Origin: Podarcis tiliguerta
Lineage: Eukaryota
Length of the DNA: 64,000 nt
Direction: 5' to 3' (one strand)
NCBI GenBank assembly: GCA_965153285.1
Contig: OZ229127.1
How positions within the stretch are numbered: the stretch's first letter is position 1; each line of letters starts with the position of its first letter. The translations under genes and the position numbers were made by a program. Shown piece by piece: positions 24,475-35,182 of this stretch. Under the pieces are notes generated by a model, which did no database searches, was not told the origin of the DNA, and saw only the letters and a program-made list of their open reading frames with translations.

Positions 24475-25468
24475 TTTTTTATTTTTTTTTTTTTTTAACA
24501 GCACTGTGCAGCTTTTATTAAGTCACTTGGTTACAGTAATATGTTTAAAACCGACAGATTCTGAAGTGTAACAGATTCAGCATGAGCATTACACTACATA
24601 TTTCTTTCACAAATATGTCAGAGCTGAATACAGCACTAGCCATCAATCCAGGAACAAATGCACTGGAATAGAAGAAATGCAACAAGATAGCTACACTGGA
24701 AAGACAACATTTTAGAAAAAGAGTGAACATGAAAAGGGCTCCCCTCTAGCTCCCCAAAGCATGTGTACAGTTGGATCTAACTATACAGCTCTACATCAGT
24801 TTTCTAGAAACTTAACAAAAACACTGGCCAATACAGTCTTTGGATATTTAGACAAAGGGGAGAAAGTCAGTTTCCAGGATGAAGTCAGTCGCTTTCGTTG
24901 TCACCAGATTCTTTCCCCCCTTCTTTGTTCTTCCGTACTTCTTCAATATGCTTGTCTTTCTCTCTCAAGCGCTCCAGTTTAGCAGCCATTTGTGCTTCTC
25001 TGTTCTCTTTGATAGCTTCCATTTTGTGGGTCAACTTTTCCTCTGCCATTTTGCTGAAGTTGTTATTTTCTTCAATTGCCTTCTGCAGCACCTCTTTCTC
25101 ATGCTCTCGTTTTTCAGCTAGCTGCTTCAACACTTCAGCTTCATGGGACTTGCGCCTTTCTTCTGCTGCTTCTAGCTTCCTTTGAATTTCTTCCAGTGAG
25201 AGATCTTTTTTCTTTGGAGGAAAGAGGGGAAACTCTGGAACAGCTTCTTTTGAAGGAGGGCCAAGTATCAATTCAAATGCCTGTCCAGAAGCACGTTTTT
25301 CTAGTTCTTTCACCTGAATGTCAGAAGAAGCCATGGCTGAAGTAGATTCCAAAATAATTTGCTGCAGGAACTTCAATAGGTGAGCACTGCTCCTGTCACT
25401 GCGGCGGCTACACACAGACTCAGCTCCTAACCGCCCAGCGCTCCCCACAAAAGCGGCAAACAAAGGCG
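24475..25468 (-). mobile_element. Processed STMN1 mRNA copy (5' UTR, CDS, 3' UTR, poly(A)) with 15-bp TSD
   Basis: Intronless. Poly(T) at 24475-24496, AATAAA on the minus strand at 24514-24519, TSD TCATGCAGTTTTTAT at 24460-24474 and 25469-25483. Confidence 0.93.
24885..25334 (-). CDS. STMN1: Stathmin 1 retrocopy, intact 149-aa ORF (expression unknown)
   Basis: [24 protein letters not shown]...[59 protein letters not shown]...[13 protein letters not shown], with no stops or frameshifts. Confidence 0.9.
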   Translation of the reverse strand: MASSDIQVKELEKRASGQAFELILGPPSKEAVPEFPLFPPKKKDLSLEEIQRKLEAAEERRKSHEAEVLKQLAEKREHEKEVLQKAIEENNNFSKMAEEKLTHKMEAIKENREAQMAAKLERLREKDKHIEEVRKNKEGGKESGDNESD

Positions 25469-25817
25469 TCATGCAGTTTTTATGTAGTTTTTTCAATTTC
25501 ATTGTCCTGCATGGGACAGTGCCGTATATCGTAAGGGGGAGGGGGAGAATCCAGCCAGCCGGGGCCCCAAGGAGGCCTGAGGGGCCCGATTCCGCAGGGA
25601 GGGCAGGATGGGGGCACATGGCTGTCCAACGCGGCACCCTCCATCCGCCTTGCCCAAGGGAGAGGAGACCCCTTTTATGGTGGGGGCTGCCCCTCCACCT
25701 CTGGCACAACGTCCCCATTTATGAATGGACTATTTATGAAGCAAAACCCGGTTTCTAAACAGCCTGTCATTTCCCAATAAAGTTCAGAATGCAGCAAGTT
25801 GTGACCTCAAATGGCTG

Positions 25818-26244
25818 TGATACGGAATTTAATTTGCTCTCCAAATTAAATGCTACCATATAATGCTCCGGGGATGGCATATACTTATATATGCCCGAAG
25901 AATCTGTCCCAGCATTTTATCTGTGCATATCCCCAACTCTGCATATTCCCCCTCCCTCCTCCATATGTTAATCCTGTGTAACCCAACCCTTTCTTGATTT
26001 ATTCATGATGTAACTGTGACGTATTGATGATGCTTCTGCACTGTTTCATGGGTAAGGGAGGGAAGTTTTAAATGTTCATGTCACCCCATCCTCGGGGTTC
26101 AATCTCGCCTTGAACCTGTTGCGCAATAAACGTGGATCTTCTGCATCTTGCTCCCGTCTCCGGCTGCGCTCATTTTGCTCCGCAGGGACTTAGTCCGACG
26201 AGCTGCGTGGCAGAGCAGCCTCGCACCCAGATTTCCCCGTAACA
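25818..26244 (+). mobile_element. Second solo LTR, related family, 4-bp TSD GCTG
   Basis: TGATACGGAA...GTAACA termini, GCTG at 25814-25817 and 26245-26248. R/U5 (gtcaccccatcctcggggttcaa..gcgcaataaac..gagcagcctcgca) is shared with 21544-22190. Confidence 0.9.
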
Positions 26245-29229
26245 GCTGCTTGTGCAAAATGGCTTCTCCGTGCATGGGGAGGCCTGACCCCCTCCCAATG
26301 GGGCCCTGATCCTATGGGTGTGGCAGTTTCTGTGGGGGGCTTTGGGTCGTCTTGTGCCTTTAGGGAACCTCCAGGCCCAGAGGCAGTCTATCTGGGCTCC
26401 CTGGTGCTAACTGTGTTTGGCGACTGTGAGAACAGGACCCTGGGCAGGGCAGCTCCATTCCTGAGAGTGTGGTGCTGACAACGCCACGGCTGCAGGCTCT
26501 GTTCCCATATTCCTGCATCACAGAGGGTTGGACGGGATGACACTTGGGGTCCCTTCTGATGATTCTATGATCTGTTCACCTGAAAAGGATCTAGGAGTCT
26601 TGGTTGACCACAAACTTGGCATGAGCCAACAGTGTGACGCTGATTCCTGGACCGTCCACGGGCCGGACTGAGAAGGCGATTGGGCCTGATCCGGTCCCCG
26701 GGCCTTAGGTTGCCTACCCCTGAGCCAGATGCTCCATCTGCTGTGCACAGGTGGGAAATCAGGCTCCCAATCCTGGCACCCAATTAAAGGCGGGCCTGTT
26801 CAGGGAGCAGGTGAGCTGCAGGCAAGGCTGAGACAGCACAACAACCAGGAACTGAGCCGCTGGTTGATTGCTGAATGCGAGTGCAACCCGAGGCCCTGTG
26901 GCTGTGAAAGCTGGAGAGGAGAAGCTCAGGTCTGGCATGGGCTCACCTGGAGCAACCTGATGCCAAGCCAGGCCACGGCTTCCCCTAGCCTTGGGCCACT
27001 GCCGCCGCCGCCACCTCCTCCTCTGCCCTGATTGGCCCCTCCAGCTTTGGGGCTGCTGCCATGAGACACTCAGGAACCCAGTGCAGGATGGCTCACGGTT
27101 CTGGGTAGAGCCTGGGGCTGTTTTGGCTGCTGTGGTGCCCTTTCAGGAGCCAGACTGAAAACCCCTCAGGGGATTCTGCAGCGTTCCACATGCCTGCGTC
27201 AAACCATTTTTGCTCCTCACAAAGTTACAGGGCAGGGCAGGATATAGAGATTGCAAAGGCATGTGAATATTGGAAAAACACAGAGGAGTCTCTGGGGTGG
27301 GGGGCAACAGGCAGCCCTGGAAAATGGTGGCCCCCGACCCACCTGGCACAGAGCAAAGGCCTTTGAGGACTGCCTATTCGGTTGCCCCAGGCGTGTCACG
27401 GGAGGAGGGAGCGCAGCAGTGCCAGATGTTTTCCGATAAGCTGGAACAGAGCAGACCTGGGAGGAGGGGGGTCAGCCTGGGCAACATATGGAATTTTACC
27501 GCCCCAACACCCTGAACTATTCCACACAGAGAGAGAGGAGGGATGCTGTGTTGTTGCCGCCTGCCTGGTGGGAAAACAGATTCTGCAGCATGAACCTTGA
27601 CCCTCACCTGCGATGAATCCCCCGCCCCCCCGCCAAGAACAACAAGGGGAGCAAAGGGGTTGGGCCAGCTCCTTGCCCTTCCCCAAAGGATCATTTAAGG
27701 CAGATTCAGGAACAAAAATGAAGCAATGCTCGTCCTCCTCGCTTGCCCTGCCTGCAAAATGTGCTTCTCCCACTTTCTCTCCACTGCATGCTTGCGAGAC
27801 GGGAATGAGAGGGCCAGGCCCCAAGCAGGCCCACCAAGCCCAGGATCCTGCCTCCAAGGGTGGGCAGCCCTGGCTCATCGCAAGCAGAGCTGAATTCCGT
27901 GCCCTCGGCCCCCTTCCACCTCCTTTCAACTGAATATACCGTACTTATGCAGGATCACTGGCTGCCTGCAAATGAAGCCCCATCTTCTGCAGCCAAGAGA
28001 GCAAGTCAAAACGTAGAGAAGCAAGGATTAAAAACACCACCACCACCACTGCTGGTGCCAGGCGATTGCTAATCCAATGGCACCCTCCTTTTTTAAAGCT
28101 GTTGAGATCTGTATCACTGATACTTGCTGATTAAGAAAAGAAGAAGAGAGAAAGCAAGCAGAAAGGAGAGAAGATATACAGACAGTCCAGCATTTTCTCA
28201 CAAGCTCTGGAAACGTAATTACAGCCTTGGTGCAGCATGTGCTGAACAGACAGAGAGGAGCAGCAAGAGCGGAGGGGAGAAAAGCGCCGAGAGCCAGCCA
28301 AGGAGACGGGAGAGGAAGGTGCTGTCTGTCTCCAGCCACAATATCTGAGGGCAACCTCCGCTTTCTGCTATCAGAGGAGAAGAAGCAGCAAAGAGAAGCT
28401 TCCTCCGAGCAGCTGGCAGTGGAAACAGATTGCAAGTTCTGGGCGGCTCAAGGTCTGCAAAGGGGCATCCTGCAGGAGGCACAGCAGCAGGCATCCCATA
28501 GTACACAGGCCCTATGCTGAGCGCTGCCCAAAGGGGCTCCGTTGAGCACAGCCTCCTGGGTCCCCCACCGTGGTGTCCAGCCAGACGCCCAACCCGGGGG
28601 AAGCCGGCAAACGGGGCATGAGGGCGGCAGCAGCAGCAGCAGCACACGGCCCACCTGCACATCAGAGGCAGAGCACCTCCAAAGCAGAACATGGTGAGGC
28701 ACGGGGAACTCTGCCACAGGATCGGGCCAAGGGGAGCTCCATCGAATCCGGCACCCTGCTTTTCTCAAGGTGTCTGGTCAGACGCAGCAACATGACAGAA
28801 GTTTGTAAGATCATACATGGAGTGGAGGAAGCAGAGAGAGAAAAGTTTTCTTGTAATGCTGCAACTTGGTGACACCCTGAACATCAGAAGATTCAGGGCG
28901 GATAAACTTCTTTGCACAGCACAGTTAAACTGTGGAACTCCCTGCCACAGGAGGCAGCGAAGGCCACCACTGGGATGGCTTTAAAAGAGGATTAGTCAAA
29001 CTTAGGGAGAAAAAGGCTGGCTCCGAGTCAGGATGTGCTCTGCCCCCCCAGTTCTGAGAATGGCTCTCAGGCTCATGTCCATTTTGCTGGTTTCCTGCAG
29101 GGCTGGGAGACACTCCCTCCCTGAGACCCAGGCGAGGCGCTGCTGTCAGCCAGAGTAGGCAGTGCTGAGCAAGAGGGACACATTGACCTGCCTGTGGTTC
29201 CATGATCCATGACAGAGCTCAGTGAGGTG

Positions 29230-29400
29230 GTTGGCATCCGCCTGTCTCAAAAGACAAAGGAGTGTGCCTCCAGCGGTGAAGCCAAATCGCTGTGCCAGCA
29301 GCACCAAAGTGACCTCCTTGGGGCACCAGCCTGGGCTGTGTGACTGGGGGTCCTGGGCTGCCCAGATGACAAGACCCCCCTCTCAGCCTTGGCACCCGCC
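29230..29400 (-). mobile_element. Fragment of the unclassified RTE-like dispersed repeat
   Basis: ttggcatc.g.ctgtctcaa.agacaa.ggagtg.gcctcca..ggtgaagccaa is shared with 47740-47830 and with the reverse of 10300-10340. Confidence 0.65.
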
Positions 29401-30639
29401 TGGCGGCAGGAATTGCCTTGAGTGATCAGTGGTGAGAGAAGGAATGGGGCAGAGACACCCTGTAGGGTCCTGGGGGCTCTTGCTCCCTGCTCCACAAATC
29501 TCAAAAGTCCCATAGCAAGGGAAGACACAGAAATCACTGGAGACAATAGCTCCTTTCTTTCTTTCTTTCTTTCCCCCCATCTCTCCCCCCGCCACAAAGA
29601 AAGCAAAAGAAAGAGGGATTTGCGCAAGGCACAGCTGCCCAAGAGCATTTCTGTCCTTTCTGCAGCTTTGTACGAGAACATTCAAGAAGGTTGGGGGGTG
29701 CAGTGGGGAGGCCATGGTGGCCGTGTGATGACGCAGGAGAGAAAACCACGTCACCCACCTGCACCCGCTAAGCTGGGGAGCCCTGGGATGCCCACGCAGC
29801 CAATGCAGCTTGGCAAGGGGTTCCCCATAGCGACAGCATCACCCTATCACCAGCGTGGAAAAGGACAGGCGTGAGGCACACAAGACGCACACACTCGGTG
29901 CCTCTTGCACATCCCACAGGGCCCTGCCGCTTTGATCCACCCTGCAAGCGGAGCAGCCCCTTCCTCTGTGCTGGGGTGAAGGGTCCCCAGCAGCCCCCAG
30001 ACCCTGCAGAGGGCCAAAGGAGCCCACAAGCGCCAGGCCAAAGGAGCCAGCCCTGATGGCTGCTGGGAGTCAGAGGCAGCGAATGCCTCCGAACGAGACC
30101 GGCTGCTGGGACTGCAAGGGGGGGGGGGAGCTGCTGCTGCTCAAGTCGTGCTTGGGGGCTTCTTCTGGTTGGCCAGTGTGGCTCTCCTTAGGGCCCTGGG
30201 GCTCCTCCTGCCTGACCTTAGCAACTCACGATCATCCAGGTCTCTGTGGACCATGCAGAGCGAACAGGCAGCCACTGGTTGCCTCTGTTTCCTCAGCCCA
30301 GGCCAGAGCCAGTGGTCCACCTAGCTGCTCCAGGCCAGCTCCTCCCCACCAACCTTTCGGGGGAGTTGAGGTGACCAGAGGCCACTGGATGGCTGGATGG
30401 GAAAAAAGGGTGCAATGATTTAGATCTAGCAGAATCAGAAGTAGCCTCACACTTGGCACTTAGGAGGAGCCTCCATCCGTGATGACACACCAGGGCACCT
30501 CCAAAAGGATGGGAGGAAGGCACAGGGCTGCACTTTGCTCCTCATATGCAAATGCAGCCAATTAACTTTGGAGTAAGCTTGTGTCAATCAGTTGGAAACC
30601 TTCTTGTTCATCCCCCCCCCCCCCCTTAGGAGGTTGAGG

Positions 30640-31150
30640 GCTCTCCTTCTTTGGAGGTTTTTAAGCAGAAGTTGGGTGCTCATCGGTCTTGGATGCTTCA
30701 GCTGAGATTCCTGCATTGCAGGGGGTTGGACTGGATGACCCTCAGGGTCCCTTCCAACTCTACCATTCTATGATCTTCTCTGCCAGAAGAAATGCAGGCC
30801 CCATCACCACCTTCAAAGGAAATAATTGCATTTTTATCCCTCCTTTTTCCTCCAAGGGGCTTGAAGTGGAGTGTGTGGTTCTCCCCATCCTCATTTAATC
30901 CTCACAACAGCCCTGCGAGGTAGGTTAGGCTGAGAGGCAGGGACTGACCTCCCCCCCCGGCAGTCCAGAACAGCAGTGGGAAAAACACACACAAAAAGGT
31001 TTCTCTTGGGAGATTGTGGCCTCTCCTTCCTTGGAGGTTTTTAAGCAGAAGTTGGGTGGCCATCTGTCATGGATGCTTTAACTGTGATTCCTGCATTGCA
31101 GGGGGTTGGACTGGATGACCCTCAGGGTCCCTTCCAACTCTGTGATTCTA
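30640..31150 (+). mobile_element. Two tandem CR1 3'-end fragments (30640-30772 and 31020-31151)
   Basis: Each reads ctctccttc.ttggaggtttttaagcagaagttggg...attcctgcattgcagggggttggactggatgaccctcagggtcccttccaactc..attctatg. Confidence 0.85.
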
Positions 31151-31189
31151 TGTATTGGTATGCCAGGAATGCAAGAGAGTGCTGCAAGA

Positions 31190-31193
31190 GAGG

Positions 31194-31250
<57 letters not shown>
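31190..31250. repeat. (AG)n microsatellite
   Basis: Direct reading. Confidence 0.95.
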
Positions 31251-31252
<2 letters not shown>

Positions 31253-33120
31253 GCCTTCCCCGTTCAGGAAAAGTGAAACTCACCTTTACAAGAAAGTTCA
31301 CTAATGATTCAACTGAACTGCCACAATGAGAACTAATTGTGACCAAGAGAGAAAGAAAGAGAAACTCCATCCTGGAGCAACTGGAAAAGAATGCAGCCCT
31401 CCTTTCTGGATATTCAATAAACACACAAGACGTTTGAAAAAATAAGATATACTATTCATGTTACTGAATTGTAGATTTCAACAGAAGTAGCTCATAAAGT
31501 TCAACGAAAAAAGTAGAAGAACCAGTGGATCAGTTCATTCTCTAATCTGTTTATGCATAAGGTCCATATATGTGAAAGTGTCTATTCCACCTGTCGGTTC
31601 ATAAAGTCCAACAGTCCACATGAAAGGTTGTTACAGTTCCACAGAATCCTTTCATCAGTAGTACAAACTCATATATGATATCACAGGACAGTGGATCGAA
31701 TGATTCTGAAGCACCTTAACCTTAACAGAAAGCAGAGCAGATAGATTTCCGCACTGGCTGATGTTTTAAATTAATCACATTCTTTCATTTTATGTAACTG
31801 GCAGATGGAAAATTGGAAGTTTGTCTTCTGTAATTCTTACTAACAGTTTGCTTTCCTCTCTCTTTTCTCTCCTCACATGAATTGCTCCTTCTTCTTTCCC
31901 TCTTCTGTTTCTTTTCTTTGTTTTGCATCTTTGGGAGCTGAAATGTTATTGTCTCATGGGGAAATCTCAATTAAAAAATCTTATTTGTGGGGAAAGAATG
32001 CCTCCTGGTTTGGCAAAGCAGAAGAGCAAGAAACAGAGCCTGACCCAAAAAGGAATCCCTTCGACGCCTGGCACAACTAGCCAGGAGAGCAGAGGAGGCT
32101 GAGTCACTCAGGAGACAAAGCAGACGCAAGCATATATGGGTGGCACATGGCAGGCACAGCTCCACCCCGCACCCCCACCCACGCGCATGGCAAAGTAAGC
32201 CCCTGCAGAGAGACAGGAGGGAGATTGCAAAGGAAGGATCTGGCCAGAGGGAGGCTCCCTGCCGCCCAAGCAGGCAGCAAGTGGAAGAGGGGCCCTACTC
32301 ACCTGGCTAGCTGCTTAGGGACATGCTGGCCTTTGCCTGGTTGGCAAGATACTCTCGGTGAGGAGGGGGCCTCCTGCCTTTAAATGCAACCCAAGAGGGA
32401 GGACACGCAGAGACAGAGACTCCCGCTCACCTGCAAAAGGTCATGCATCTCCTTCACTGGAGGTTTTTAAGCCACCTGCCAAGGAGTCTTCTGTTGCGAC
32501 TCCTGCACTGCAGGGGTTTGGGGCCCCCATTCTAATAGAATCCTAGAATTGCAGAGTTGGAAGGGACCACGAGGGCCATCTAGTCCAACCCCATGATGCA
32601 AAAATCTTTTGCTCAAAGCACAGCCTTGGGATTTAGAGTCTTGGCTTATATATAGGTGGGGCAGAACAACCTTTTCACAAAGGTAAGGTGAGAGAGACAG
32701 AGGCAAACACAATCCGACGTCTAAGGGCTCATCCAGACCTCCTTTTGCAGGCACAGGTCCGCACTGCCAATCGCCATGTCTGAGTGGTGGTTTTGTTTTT
32801 GTTTTTTCGTTAACAGGAACATGCAAATTTTGCCCCTGAACCGGAGCAAACAGCAGCCCGTGTTGAATCTGATTGCCGTTTGCTCTGATTCAGTGGCAAA
32901 AGTCTGAATGAGCCCTAGGGCGGGTGCTTTCATGGAAGAGACCCTGGGTTCAATTCCCACCAGAGTCTCCCGTCAGGCCTGGGAACGTTCCTGGCTGAAC
33001 CAAGAAGGCTGGGATCTTGCTCTCTCTTTAGCGGAATCAGAGGAAGAGCTTTGCCTGCAAGTTCCATCCCCAGAGGCATCTCCAGGACAGGCTGGGAAAT
33101 TGCCCTGCCCGGAAACCCAC

Positions 33121-33243
33121 CCGTGTTTCTCAACCTCGGCTCCCCAGTTGTGGTTAGACTACAATTCCCAACACCCCTGCTAGCTAGGGATGATAGGAAT
33201 TGCAGTTCAGCAACACCTGGGGACCCACGGTTGAGAAACACTG
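33121..33243. mobile_element. Short palindromic hAT/Charlie-like MITE
   Basis: ccgtgtttctcaacc ... ggttgagaaacactg termini with internal inverted symmetry (actacaattccca / gataggaattgcagt). Confidence 0.7.
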
Positions 33244-34943
33244 AGGGCGGGGGGCAGTACAGTGCTAGATGGCCCACTGCCTTACTCGGCATATGTTCCT
33301 ATTTAAAGCAAGGCGTTAATTGGAACCCAGCCATTGCTGCCGCTCAGTGCACACATACCTGAGAAAGGAGGTCTGACACCAGAGACGTGCAGCATACAGA
33401 CGTCTTGCTTTTAGGCACAGATTGTGTATGAATAAATACAATGATATTTGGAAAGCATTTATAAAAAGCACAAATACTTGCTAATAAGTTTATACACATC
33501 AGAATAATTGCACTATTTCTGTCTATACCCATGCATTGCATTGCAGTTTCAAGCACTTTTTCTGGGGGGTTTTCCACCCCCTTCACGTTTCTCCACTGAA
33601 CATTTTCAATAAAATATAAATATTGTGATGACCAATCCCCCGAAGGATTGCCGCTGTCGTGGATCTGAAAGGGAGAGAGCCGTGGCTGGCAGTCAGTGCA
33701 GACAAAACTGAGCAAGAAGGTCTGAATCCAGAGACATAATGCAGCTTCTGCCCTGTCCAACAGCCGGTAGCTACCGAATCAGAATTGCTAGGCAAACGGG
33801 AGCAAACGTAACTCTGGACACTCCTTTTGATCCTGCCCAGGTCAAAGGACAAACAAGGAGAGCAGCCTTGCAGTGCTGACAAGGCAGGGTTCATCCTGCA
33901 AACATGCAGCAGAGCAGAGGAGGACACAGGAGAGAGTAGGAGAAGCTGGCACCGGGCCTGCAAACAGAGCCGTCTGCCGAGCACAGCCTGAGGCATCAGC
34001 TTGGTGCTGAGGCCAGAACCTCAGGCAGCATCGTAGCCAAAAAAATATTAATTTTGCTTCTTTGGAGGGGAGAGCAGTGCAGAATGGAGGCAGCGAGAAG
34101 CAAACTGGCAAAAGAGCCATTGAAGGAAAACGCAGAGGGGTGCCAGCACCAGCCACAGGCGAAGAGGCAGCGAGAGAGCAGGAGGCATGTTGCACAGGCA
34201 GAGACAGCATTCCTGGGCAGGCAGGTCTATCTTCTCAGGGACTCTGCCAGGCCGTGCCCAGTGCCAAGAGCGGAGGATTGCAGCTGCCTTGTAAAGGGCT
34301 GTTCCATCCGCAATGCTGCCTAGCTCCTGGAAAGAGGCAGGCGCCAATAGAACCGTTCCAGCCTGTCCTCCGTGCACCCAGCATTCCTTTGAAAATTGCA
34401 AAAAAAAAAGGGGGGGGGGAGTTTATTTGCCTCCTGAGAGTCAGCCAGGAAAAGGGGGACTTGCAAAATATCTGGCGGAGAGAAATACTCCTCGGGGGTC
34501 TCTCCCAACCCTGCCGTCTTCCGCATGCTGAGCAAGTGCTGTGCAGTTTCCTCCTCCTCTCCCAGATGCAGATGTGAAGAGCTGGGAAGGGAGAGTCCCC
34601 TGCTCAGAAAGGCCCTTGTCACCTTCTCTCAGGGACCTCCTGGGCCACAGCTGAGAGAGCCAAGTCTGCAGAGCAGCCCAGGCAGCTGGGGAGAAGCAAA
34701 TGTCCCTTCCTCTTATCAAGCCCTTCATCAGCTCTGCCAACAAAGCGCCTGGAAAATGTCAACCGAAGAGGAGGGGAGGAAGTGGCAGCAAAGCTTTGCC
34801 CTGTCCCTTGTGGCCTCGAGCAGGATGCTGGCAGGAGCTCTGCGGAGAGTCCCCCCAGGCCCCACCTAGGGCCCCCCGTGCACGCAGAGGTGCTCTGCGT
34901 CCAAGCTCAAGGCTCAGAGAGACCACTGACCAGACGAGCTCCA

Positions 34944-35182
34944 CAGTTACCATCAAAATTATTCAATCCCCATTGCAAATTTGGTTTATTATCAACATTT
35001 ACAGTACAGACTTTCAGCAGCTTGCAATGAGCAAACCAAAGAAAAGCAATTGAACTAGCTCAGTGCAATGGATGCTTCTAGTGGTTTCCCCAAATTCAGC
35101 TGAAAATATAACTGTGTAAGCCTGTAAATGTCAATAATAAACCCAATTTGCAATGGGAGTTGCATAAGTTCGATTGTAACTG
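34944..35182. mobile_element. Tc1/mariner-type MITE with TIRs of about 60 bp
   Basis: cagttaccatcaaaattattcaatccccattgcaaatttggtttattatcaacatttacag pairs with ctgtaaatgtcaataataaacccaatttgcaatgggagttgcataagttcgattgtaactg. TA follows the right end. Confidence 0.75.

Noticed and set aside
24885-25718. 277-aa N-terminally extended stathmin ORF from the track
   Set aside because: The extension runs through the 5' UTR, the TSD and flanking DNA from a non-ATG start. The Kozak ATG (gccATGg) is at 25334.
21544-26244. A single LTR retroelement that captured STMN1 and H1 exons between two LTRs
   Set aside because: Each LTR has its own TSD pair (AGCG versus GCTG), their U3 regions and lengths differ, there is no PBS or PPT, and STMN1 has its own L1-type TSD and poly(A).
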